This document shows, in pieces, positions 53,301 to 64,000 of a stretch of 64,000 bases of DNA. The stretch is from Haliotis rubra. Lineage: Eukaryota. The stretch is taken from assembly GCF_003918875.1 (NCBI RefSeq), contig NW_025766981.1, positions 682,001-746,000 on the forward strand, written 5' to 3'. Numbering within the stretch: position 1 is the first letter of the stretch; each line of letters begins with the position of its first letter. A model generated the notes under the pieces. That model worked only from the letters and a program-made list of their open reading frames with translations. It did not search any database and was not told the origin of the DNA. Position numbers and translations under genes: made by a program.

Positions 53301-53658
53301 TGTAATGTGTATGATGGTTTACGTTATAATGTTATGAGCGCTATGAGAGAATGTACGTAAGATTTCTTAAACCTACCTTCACCTGATATATTTATCACAT
53401 TACTCAGATGTGAAGTAAGCTATTACAATCTTCGTAAATTAATTGATCAAATGTTGACATTCATTTAATCTTTGTACTTGTATGTTGCAATTCCGCTTGG
53501 GAATATTTTTATATCTTCTTATAATGTGTTTGTGGCACGAATAGTCTGCGTGCGTGCGTGTGTGCGTGCATGCGGGAAAGGGGAAGGGGGCGTTGTCGAA
53601 AGGTTAGTTGTGTTTTTGTGGATAATTGTATTATAGTTTGTTTGTATTTTTTATTATT

Positions 53659-53662
<4 letters not shown>

Positions 53663-53725
<63 letters not shown>
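53663..53725. repeat. (GT)n microsatellite
   Basis: Direct reading. Confidence 0.95.
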
Positions 53726-53726
<1 letters not shown>

Positions 53727-54324
53727 TGCGTGTGTGCGTGTGTGGCTGTGGCTGTGTGTGCGGGCGCATCGTAGGTATGTTTGACATATTTTCGTAACTT
53801 AACACTAACCAATTTGTAGGTATATGTGTTTATCTACCTTACTCTGATGTATGGTTGTAAACATATGTTTTTCGCTTGCCATGCATGTACCTGGTCGGAT
53901 GTTATGTTTTATTGTCTGTGTACGTACTTTACTATAAACTGCATATAACATGTGACACTATAATAAACTTTATTCTCCCTCTTCTGTCTCTGTTAACTTG
54001 TAAGACGCGTGTCTTTCTATTTCTTGACTATGGCAGAAACGTCTTTCATATACAGAATCCATGTATAAGTATTATTAAATATACGATGGTCAGTGTTTGA
54101 AAAACGCTGTGATTCATGAGAGGTGCTATGTCCAGCACTGAGTGCAATAGCTAAGTGAGCCAGGTCGGTTCACGAATACAACACACTTTAAAGTACCTTT
54201 TATAACAAACTGACGAAAATAGTCACGATGAAGTAAAAACCACGACCCTGTGAGTTTGTGATAACCGTAGTATACTGAACGGAGATATACAGATATGACT
54301 GTCAGTGTTATCACTAATGTACAG

Positions 54325-54522
54325 AGTAAAAGGTGACTAACGGGATCGGGTGGTCAGGTTCGCTGACTTGGTTGACACATGGCATCGTATCTCAACTGCG
54401 TAGATCGATGCTCATGCTGTTGATCACTGGATTGTCTGGTACAGACTCGATTATTTACAGATGGTCGCCATATAGCTGGACTATTGTCGAGTGAGGCGTA
54501 AAACTAAACTCACTCACTCACT
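54325..54522 (+). mobile_element. SINE family B, 5'-truncated
   Basis: Homologous body and tail. Confidence 0.75.
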
Positions 54523-55522
54523 TAACAGATTAAACAGAGATTTCATTTCATCACAATGCTCTCTACAACTGCCTGTGTAAGGAGTGAGTGGTGGAGTGTT
54601 CCGTCTGTACATTGGTCAAAGAAAATTAGGTACAGTGTCAGCAGTACCGGAGGGGCCGCAATACCATTGGGCAAAAGAACTGCAACAGACTTAACAATCC
54701 TAATTAATCAAGATCAAATATTATAATGTCAGTATATAGTGTTCGTTCTGAACACGCAAGATCATTTATCATCCAAAAATGTGTTCCACTGAAGATATTG
54801 CTTGTGTGAGATCAAACGATATCTCTTAGGAGATATGTATAATTATTACCCACGTGGTCAACGTATGGGTAGTTGCATACTAATCTCGTACGTCACACGA
54901 GTGTCGTATCGCGTTGACCTGTGTCGTAACGACTTGACCTGAGATTCTAACGATTTGATTGGATAACCGATGACCTCTCAGTTAGGTCACGTTGTGACGG
55001 AACTACTTGTTCATTCATAACAAACACGTGAATTCATTCATTCTACAACTTAGATGCATTGTGGGAATGTAAACATTGCGAACGTTGCCGTGTCGCTGTT
55101 TAATTGTGAGTCGAACTGAGACATTATATCCGTCGAAAAACATAAACGCAATGTTTCCACCAGTGATGTTAACCGAGTGAAGCAGTTGCAAACCAAGAAA
55201 CGGGGTGCTACGGAGTAGTTTACTGTAGGAGGCTGTACGAGAGGCGATGACAACTGACATGCATCGTGACGTCGGTTACCAAGGGGACAGACGAGAATGG
55301 CGTAGTGACGTCAATACAGTGTGACGTCATGCAAAAGTGTACTTCAGAACAAAATTCTTCCGCAACCTCTTTATGAAACCGGTTTCGGTTTGAAACCATA
55401 ACAATAACAAAAATACGCTATTTTGTCAATTCAATGCATGTAAGACGTGGGTAATAAATAAAATACCACACTCGGTCTCATTACATACGAATTATACGAA
55501 ACTCGTGACCTTCCTATGGTTT

Positions 55523-56055
55523 CTCTGGTAACGTTCGTCTTAACGTAGGGGCAGACACATCAATAGAACAGCGCGCCAGTTAGCCCTGTGCGAGGATTCT
55601 TAATTTAGGTCACCGACACTGTCGTTTGTTTTCTGCCTTAAATTAATCGTAATTATCCTTAGAAAGCATTAAATTTGGCATCTTAGAAAAGAAATACAGT
55701 TCGCTCTACCACCATGTATTTAGGAAATAAAGTTCGCTCTACCCCAATGTGTTTTGTAATAAAGTATAGTTTTGCCCTGAACTATTATAATTAAAAGCAC
55801 GAGGACGGTAGTCCGAGTGCTTTGATGTTATAATAGTTCAGGGCAAACTATACTCAAAACACATTGGGGTAGAGCGAAACTTTACTCTTTCTAAGATGCT
55901 AAATTTAATACTTTCTAAGGATAATTACGATTAATCTAAGGCAGAAAACAAATGACGGTGTCGGTGACCAAAATTAAGAATCCTCGCACAGGGCTAACTG
56001 GTGCGCTGTTCTATTGATGTGTCTGCCCCCCTACGTTAAGACGAACGTTACCAGA
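55523..56055. repeat. ~530-bp near-perfect palindrome (foldback element)
   Basis: Arms reverse-complementary around ~55808. Confidence 0.9.
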
Positions 56056-57142
56056 AAAAAACAAATGATAACAGTTTGATGACGGTTTACGTTCGGATTA
56101 AATATCTTCTCTGAATTATTTTAATTACATCTGCCATTAACGTAAACCATATGGGGCAATATGAACGTCGCATTTCTACTACCAACGTAAGTTTAGATCA
56201 GTACATCCAGATGAAGCTGAGTAGTCAAGCGACATTCCACGATTGCATTGTGGGAATGTAAACATTGCGAACGTTACCGTGTCGCTGAAAACTTGTGAGT
56301 CGAATTGACACAATTTAACCGTCGTAAAACATAAACGTAATGTTTCCACCAGTGATGGTAGCTGCGTGAAGCAACTGCAAACCAAGAAACGGGATGCAAC
56401 GGAGTAGTTTACTGTAGGAGGCCGTACGAGGCGATGACAACTGACATGCATCGTGACGTCACTTACATTGTGACGTTATGTAAAATGATTCGATTACGAG
56501 GGGGGCACACTAGAATGGCGCAGTGACGAGATAACGTCATTCAATTGTTACGTCATCCAAAAACTATACCTTTATTGTCTGATAATGTATTCTTTTTTTC
56601 GATTGTTCTACCCGCCAGGCATCTTAGAAAGTGTAATAAGCACACTTTCGCCCTGAACTATTATAACGTTAAAGCACTCGGACACTACATGGTGGTAGAG
56701 CGAACTGTATTTCTTAAGTATTTTTGACAGTAGATTTTGTACAATGCCCTGACAATGCTATGACGTCATGAACTTGATGACGTCACAATGCTATGACATC
56801 GCTGCACTGCAAGTCTAATGGCAGTACCGTGTTCAGAGATGTACATTTTTCATTGAAAACTAATGAAGGGCGATTTTGGATGATAAATAGAATCTCACCC
56901 TCGTGTCTTCTGATATCAAATATATCAATACTCGTTGATAAAAGTTAAGATTTGTAACTTTATGAACTCCTGTTGATATAATTGATATCAAAAGACACTT
57001 GAGTCAGATGCTCTATATACCAATATTAGTTATCTATCATTTGTCAGTAAACTTTTGTAAAATAACCAGATGTGCTTTTGCAAACTTTATGATACTAACT
57101 GTGTTCGTTCATGTTCGTAACTGTGATGTGACTTACACCATG

Positions 57143-57380
57143 TTTGTTTGTTGTCTAACGCTGCATTCAGCAATATTCCAGCTATATGACGGAGGCCTCT
57201 AAATAATCGAGTCTGGGCCAGACAATCCAGTGATCAACATCATGAGCATCGATCTACGCAGTTGAGATACGATGACATATGTCAACCAAGTCAGCTATCC
57301 TGACCACCTGATCCTGTTATTTGCTTCTGACGACAAGCATGGTTTACTGAAGACCAGTTCTAACCCGGATCTTCACGGGG
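57143..57380 (-). mobile_element. SINE family B upstream of copy 7
   Basis: Reverse complement of the consensus. Confidence 0.75.
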
Positions 57381-57669
57381 CGCCTGTGTAAGAGAAAGAA
57401 GTTGTCTCTAAAACCGTACTGGAGTGACTGACTGCGTGAAAGTTGTTCTTGGCCGCAGTTAGACAAATTGCATCTAAATCCCGTATCTACTGTGTAGTGT
57501 TGAACGCCATTCAACTGATTAGATGAGTGACCTGAAAGGTAAATAGTTGGTCCATTGCTCATCCCGCCCTTGTCACCTCGATAACTGTATCGCTCCTACA
57601 GATAGATGACGTAACTACCTCATGACGCCCAGATTACAGCCGGTGTGAATAACCTCGCCTGCAGTCACC

Positions 57670-60600
57670 ATGGAGTCCACGCCTCTGCTTCAAGTTCACA
57701 AAGATTCAGAAGACAGATCCAAGCTGGGCAATCTCGTAAAGGCCAACATCGTGTTGCTGATCTTCCATTTAGCTTCCTATATGCGGAGTCCAGTTCTCTC
57801 TCAGTACCTTTACCAGCGTTACTCAAGCGAGCTGGTGGACAATGGAACAGCCACTTTCTCCACAAACGCATCATCAAAATGTTTCGTGAACAAATCAGAT
57901 CCAGCATACCAAACGCACGCTCAGGCAGAAGAAATGAGCAACAACTTAACGGTCATGTTCAGCTACATTAGCGTACCGTTATGCATTATAACCTCCACGC
58001 TGCTTGGTTCGTACTCTGACTTCATCGGTAGGCGGATTCTGTTCGTAGTCCCACTAATGGGCGAAGGTCTTCGCAATGCCCTGTGTACAGCGATCATGTA
58101 CTGGGACATGGACTTGAGATATATGTACATCGGGGAAGCAATCACAGGGATTACGGCAGGAGCCTATGGTGTAAATCTTGCCAGCTATGTATACACCGCT
58201 GACAATACACCACCTAAAGCATCCAGGACGGTTGGAATGGCTGTTCTGGACTTCACAACCTACTTCGCTGCAGCTCTATCTCAAGCAGGGACTGGATACT
58301 TTATCACATATATGGGTTTCGTTTGGCCTACTTTCGTCACAGCCGCTCTCGTATTCCTCTCAGTATTCTTCGTTGTTGTTTTACTTCCAGAAACAGTTCC
58401 TCTTGAAAAGAAACAATCGCCTTGCGTTGCGCCAACTAAAGCTATTAAGAACGTTTTTGGATTCTATTTCTCCAAAGATTTTGGCAGAAAGAGGTCATTG
58501 TTTTGGATAGCTTTCATAGCGCTCTTCGTCACAAGTGTAGGCAATTCTGGCACGGGATACATAGATTACATGTTGGTTCTTAATCAACCATTTTGCTGGG
58601 GACCGGAGATGATTGGCTACGTCAACATGGCGGCCATGCTGCTAAACCAGTTCCTGAGTGTTGGTGTGGTCAAGCTGTTTCACATGTGTTCAACTGACGA
58701 GATGATCGCCATTTTGACGGCACTGGTCAGAGGCGGCTCTGATGTTCTTCATGGTCTGGCCTACACTGATTATATGATATATGTTCGTAAGTGGTTTGTG
58801 TTTTGTGTTTGGGGGGATGGTTGATTTCATTAGTACCGTCATCACTCAGCTGACACTCAGTCATATGACAGGGGAAAATGTTTACAATTTTAAATGGTGC
58901 AATGTTTAGATTTAATGGTAAGGTTAATTTCATCATATGAAATCAACATTCCTAATTTCGTAAATACACGATGCCTTTAGAAATTGGTTAAAGTTAAAGG
59001 TCACATGCAACGTAAAACACAACTTTGCAGATTCTGATACCTTTCGGTATACCTTATAAAGTTGAAAAATAACGCGATGAAAAAACCGCGCGAAATCGGA
59101 GTTCAAACGATTCACTAATTTTCCCCCGAAAATTTCGGGGAAAAACTGGTTTCAACAACTGGGCTGCGCTCATAGCACGTGCGCAGTGAAATAGGTTCGC
59201 GCAACTTGGAAGCGGGCTGTCTGGTGAATACTCGGTGAAGGCTTTGGTGTGAGATATTTTTCTAATGTTTTGTTGATATCTCACAGGCGCGAGCTTTTTT
59301 ATATGTTATGACAGTAAATAAACTGTTTATATAATTTCATTTGTCTATTTCACCACACGTTCTTCTTACCGAGTCACTTTCTCAGTTCGATACTTAAAAG
59401 CAATGTCATTATTTAGCGTTGACAGCATTTCTAACTGTGATATAGATATGTCGTTGTCACAGACAAAACTCAATGTCTTGTTTTATTGACACCTGTGTGT
59501 CTGCCTGCCTTCTGCTAATGACAATATTCAATACACAACTGCGATCACTGACCACATGCAATTTGAACTTAACACCAATCAGGCTATACACCATAAACAA
59601 AACGCATTGATTTATGGCCCGAGTTCGGTCTCTGTCACATTATGTAATTACACAGACAGGCAGGTGTGATACTTGAACACATGACATGTTATGATGTCTG
59701 TTGATTGCAAAATGTTATACACAAAAAATGAGCCTGTATTTACAAAACCCAACATCTCTATATATACACACACAATGAGCCGTGAAGGCATCTGCAAATG
59801 AACCAGCCGTTACACTTGAGTGCACACCCACCCGCTCTGACTGGGTTCGGTATCCCGGCTGCTTCGTTTCGAGGGAGGTAAACCCAAGTACAAAATATTG
59901 CACTTTTGATTTGCGATTATACGCTTATAATTTTGTTTATTTGTTTTTTCATATTCAGCAATGCATATTATATGTCATGAAGAAGTGATAATTGTGTTTT
60001 AATTATTATGTTTGATTTTTTGGTTGCATGTGACTTTTAAGGTATACCTTCAGTGTAATCCTTTTTAATTCCGTTAAAATAGAAATCAAACTTTAAAAAC
60101 ATTAAAAACATTTTTCTACAAATATCATTAATGTCATCGCGGTTCATATTCTTCATGCTATTTACGCGTGAAGGCCCGTGTATTATTGTTGTTGTTGTTG
60201 TTGATGTTGTTGTTTAACGTCGCACTCGACAATAGTCCTGCTATACGGCGGCGGTCTGTAAATAATCATATAGGTGGAAGCAATAAATATTATAAAACAT
60301 AAATTTAGGTTTCATAAAATGACATTTCTCTCAAAGTGAAATAAGTTTTGAGTGGTATCTTCAATAATATTCATTCTTTTGGAGACAGCGGTTGCTCTCT
60401 GAAGACCATGTCTCAGTTTTGCTGAATGCGGTTGTTCTTTTGTCCTACAGAGACCGTTCTGTCAGCACTGGCTGCTCCAATGATGCCTGTAATCAGAGGG
60501 ATCGTGTCAAGGCTGGCTCCAGCTCACATTCAGGGTAACACTCATCATTCTTCTCATAAAATCTCATAAAATATGGGGGCCCGTGGGTAGCCTAGTGGTT

Positions 60601-61927
60601 AAAGCGTTCGCTCGTCACGCCAAAGACCTGGGTTCGATTCTCCACATGGGTACAAAATGCAAAGCCTATTTCTGGTCTCAGTCGGATATTGCTGAAATAT
60701 TGCTAAAAGCGGCGTAAAATCATACACACTCACTGAACCACGTGATGACTATCTGTTGATGGTTGTGTTACGTCATACACTGATGTTAGTTTCATTCGCT
60801 CAGGCTCTTTGTTTGCGGGACTGACCGTGGCGGGGGCTGTGGCGACTATGTTGGGGATGACGATATACGGGGCCGTGTACGACGCAACCGTGGAGACGAT
60901 GCGCGGATTTGTCTACTACACCAGCGGTGGAACACGCGCCCTGACAGCCGCCATACTTGTGTAAGTAGGAAAAGCCATTATACTTCGTAACGTGTATCCA
61001 TAGAGGATATGTGTAGATTCTGTTTCATAGCAATCATGTTCACAAGGGTTAATGCATAATGAGATTTTATTGCTGTGAAGTGTGACAAGTGTTGATGTAT
61101 AGCAATAGTGTTATAGGGTGTTTTATTGACGTAAAGCAATACTGTTATAGGGTGTTCTATTGACGTAAGAATGCTATTACAGGGTGTTTTATTGACGCAT
61201 AACAAAACAGTTACATGGTGTTTAGTAACGTAAAACAAACCTGATACAGGGTGTTATTGACGTTTAACAAATGCGTTACAGGGCATTTTATTTACATGTG
61301 TATTAACGTATAACAAAACTGTTACATGGTGTTTTATTAACGTAAAGGAATGTTGTTACAGGGTGTTTTATTGACACATAACAAAACTGTTACATGGTGA
61401 TTGTTTTAAGGTAAAGGAATGCTACTACATGGTGTTTTATTGACACATAACAAAACTGTTACATGGTGTTTTATTACCGTAAAGGAATGATATTACAGGG
61501 CGTTTTTGGACGCATAACAAAACTGTTGCATAGTCGGCTTTTTTAGGGTAAAGGAATGTTGTTACAGGTTGTTTTACTGACACATAACAAAACTGTTACA
61601 TGGTGTTTTATTAACGTAAAGGAATGCTATTACAAGGTGTTTTTGGACGCATAACAAAACTTTTACATGGTGTTTTTTCAGGTAAAGGAATGCTATTACA
61701 GGGTGTTTTATTGACACATAACAAAACTGTTACACGGTGTGTTTTTAAGGTAAAGGAATGTTATTACATGGTGTTTTATGGACGCATAACAAAACTGTTA
61801 CAGGGTGTTTTACTGCGTGGCGCCGGGGATACTACGCCAGATCAAAACCGAGACGATCATTATCAACGACCAGGACGAGAGGGCACACATCGCCAGACCG
61901 TCCGAAAAGCCAGTTCTTGACTCTTAG
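57670..61927 (+). CDS. SLC46A3-like: SLC46-family transporter copy 7 (most divergent); join(57670-58786,60451-60534,60804-60960,61804-61927), 493 aa
   Basis: GSYSDFIGRR, QPFCWGPEMIGY; 84- and 157-nt exons conserved; last exon VFYCVAPGILRQ...PVLDS*. Confidence 0.86.
58998..60036. mobile_element. Kolobok-like non-autonomous DNA transposon in intron 1 of copy 7
   Basis: TTAA|AGGTCACATGCAAC ... GTTGCATGTGACTT|TTAA. Confidence 0.7.
60575..60733 (+). mobile_element. SINE family A in intron 2 of copy 7
   Basis: A box, B box ggttcgattc, tail. Confidence 0.8.
61100..61812. repeat. ~31-bp (62-bp dimer) minisatellite containing the exon-4 acceptor of copy 7
   Basis: Repeats of tgttaca(g/t)ggtgttttattgac... 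alternating cataacaaaac / gtaaaggaatg. Confidence 0.9.
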
Positions 61928-62239
61928 GTGTAATATTGCAAATGGATCTGGGACTATGTGGAAATCATTCGTGTTAGGGTCTAATCCTTGTGGACATATG
62001 GCTATACTTAACCTATGAATTCTAGCTTTTGGAATAGCTGATGATCTGACTATAGAAGACTCAAAAGTGTTACTATTACACTGAGTGAGGGAGTATGGTT
62101 TTACGTCACTTTTAGCAATAATTTAGCAATATCACGGCGGGAATACCAGAAATGGGCTTCACACATTGTATCCATGTAAGAAATCAAACGTTTTAATTAT
62201 TTATATATAATATATAAATATTATGCAATATATATATAT

Positions 62240-62390
62240 ATATTGCATAGATAAATAAAAACAGAATGCCTTTTTCTCCAACATGTTTCGTTCTTTTACT
62301 CTTCAGGAGATTGTGAATCTCCCTGAAGAGTAAAGAACGAAACATGTTGGAGAAAAAAAGGCATTCTGTTTTTATTTATCTATGCAATAT
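62240..62390. repeat. 150-bp palindrome, Penelope-like inverted end
   Basis: Arms reverse-complementary around ~62314. Confidence 0.85.
62318..62353 (+). ncRNA. Minimal type I hammerhead ribozyme motif (mirror copy at 62275-62310, minus strand)
   Basis: TCTCC-CTGAAGA-GTAAAGAAC-GAAA-CATGTT-GGAGA: stem I, CUGANGA core, minimal stem II, palindromic stem III. Confidence 0.6.
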
Positions 62391-62429
62391 TTATGACTGA
62401 ACACCTGTACTACTTTGGACATTTTGTGC

Positions 62430-62430
<1 letters not shown>

Positions 62431-62478
<48 letters not shown>
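62431..62478. repeat. (TA)n microsatellite
   Basis: Direct reading. Confidence 0.95.
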
Positions 62479-62482
<4 letters not shown>

Positions 62483-62644
62483 TACTCATGGAATAAAAAT
62501 AAGGGAACACATGAAAGTGCATGTGTTTATTTATTTATTTCCAGAATTTCACCCACGGTGCAATACATACCTTGTGAACAAACCTGGAAAAGAATAAAGG
62601 AACACCTGTCCTTTGATGTGTTCCATTATTTGTTTCCATGAGTA
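62483..62644. mobile_element. Tc1/mariner-type MITE
   Basis: TIR tactcatggaa...ggaacac, TA flanks. Confidence 0.7.
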
Positions 62645-62655
62645 TATATTTTAAT

Positions 62656-63449
62656 GTGTATGGGGACGGCGGGATAGCCTAATGGTTAAACGTCCTCTGA
62701 AAACCCGGGTTCGATTTTCCACATGGGTACAAGGTATGAAGTCCCCTACAGTGATATTGCCATACTCACTCACTGTAATGTGTATGATGACTTACGTTAT
62801 AATGTTATGAGCGCTATGAGAGATTATCTTACCTCACACATAAATGTTGCTTTCTGAGTGGCTGAGCGCTCTTCTATTATTTTCAATGTACCCTTCTTAC
62901 AAGCGAGTAACATTTCAATGTACCCCGCTGTCAATGGCAACTCATTTGGTACTTCGTGGTAGTAATTCTTTATCTCGAATAACATTGAATCACGTATGAT
63001 GTACGGAAATTACCGATGTTTTTCGAATGCAAATTTTCTTGTCAGCAAAATCTAGCGATGGCTACACAAATATTTATACCCTCGATGTTTGTTTATGTTC
63101 CCCCCGCCCTTCGGGCTCAAGGAACATAAACAAACATCGAGGGTATGCCCCCCTCGTGACCAGTGAACAACTTATAATGTACGTCAGGTTTCTTAAACTT
63201 ACCTTCACCTGATATATTTATCACATTACTCAGATGTGAAGTAAGCTATTATAATCTTTGTAAATTAACTGATCAAATGTTGACACTCATTTAATCTTTG
63301 CACTTGTATGTGGTAATTCTGCTTGGGAATAATTTATATAATTCGTTTGTGGCACGAATAGACTGCGTGCATGGAAAGGGGAGGAGGGGCGTTGTTGAAA
63401 GGTATGTCGTGATTCTGTACGTGATTGTATATAGTATTTAGTGTATGTG

Positions 63450-63494
<45 letters not shown>

Positions 63495-64000
63495 GTGTGT
63501 TTGTGTGTGTTAGTTAGTGTNNNNNNNNNNNNNNNNNNNNNNNNNNNNNNNNNNNNNNNNNNNNNNNNNNNNNNNNNNNNNNNNNNNNNNNNNNNNNNNN
63601 NNNNNNNNNNNNNNNNNNNNNNNNNNNNNNNNNNNNNNNNNNNNNNNNNNNNNNNNNNNNNNNNNNNNNNNNNNNNNNNNNNNNNNNNNNNNNNNNNNNN
63701 NNNNNNNNNNNNNNNNNNNNNNNCTGACCATTTGTAGGTATATGTATATGTGTTTATCTATCTTACTCTGATGTATGATTATATACACATTGCCGTTCCA
63801 GGCTGGATGTTTTCATTGTCTGTGTACGTATTCTACCATGAAGTGCATATAACATGTGACACTATAATAAACATTATTTTCTCTCTTCTCTCTTAACTTG
63901 TAAGACGTGTTTCATTATATTTCCTGACTTTGACGGAAACATCCATCAGAAGCAGAATCTATGTATATTGTTAAATGTATACGATGGTCAGTGTTTTAAA
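62656..64000. repeat. Diverged duplicate of 53160-54105
   Basis: Same SINE-A, unique sequence and GT repeat in the same order; extra insertion at ~62822-63177. Confidence 0.85.
63521..63723. other. Assembly gap (N run) at a GT repeat
   Basis: Run of n. Confidence 1.

Noticed and set aside
53509-53805. His-Thr and Cys-Val repeat ORFs
   Set aside because: Translation of the (GT)n microsatellite.
63441-63788. ORFs with X runs
   Set aside because: Assembly gap.

Overview
Eukaryotic, AT-rich, SINE-dense animal DNA (a mollusc/gastropod is inferred from the repeat landscape, not proven). The window is a tandem, same-strand (+) array of seven SLC46-family MFS transporter genes (SLC46A1/PCFT- and SLC46A3-like). 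All share one 4-exon plan (~1114 + 84 + 157 nt + a short last exon). Copies 2-7 have intact spliced reading frames (473-494 aa); copy 1 carries homopolymer frameshifts. Decayed exon remnants of further copies and a duplicated spacer block at the right edge suggest the array continues. The spacers hold four SINE-like families, solo-LTR-like elements, Tc1 remnants, a FLYWCH/MULE fragment, a Kolobok-like element, MITEs, foldback palindromes and two minisatellites. Highlights: (i) a non-tRNA SINE head folding into a covarying H-type pseudoknot at a sharply defined 5' end (candidate ribozyme); (ii) a minisatellite made by amplifying the exon-4 splice acceptor of copy 7, giving decoy acceptors; (iii) a palindrome with two minimal hammerhead motifs; (iv) paralog divergence in cavity residues, the lysosomal dileucine signal and the C-terminal tail. 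All coordinates were read by eye; repeat boundaries are approximate unless a TSD is cited.
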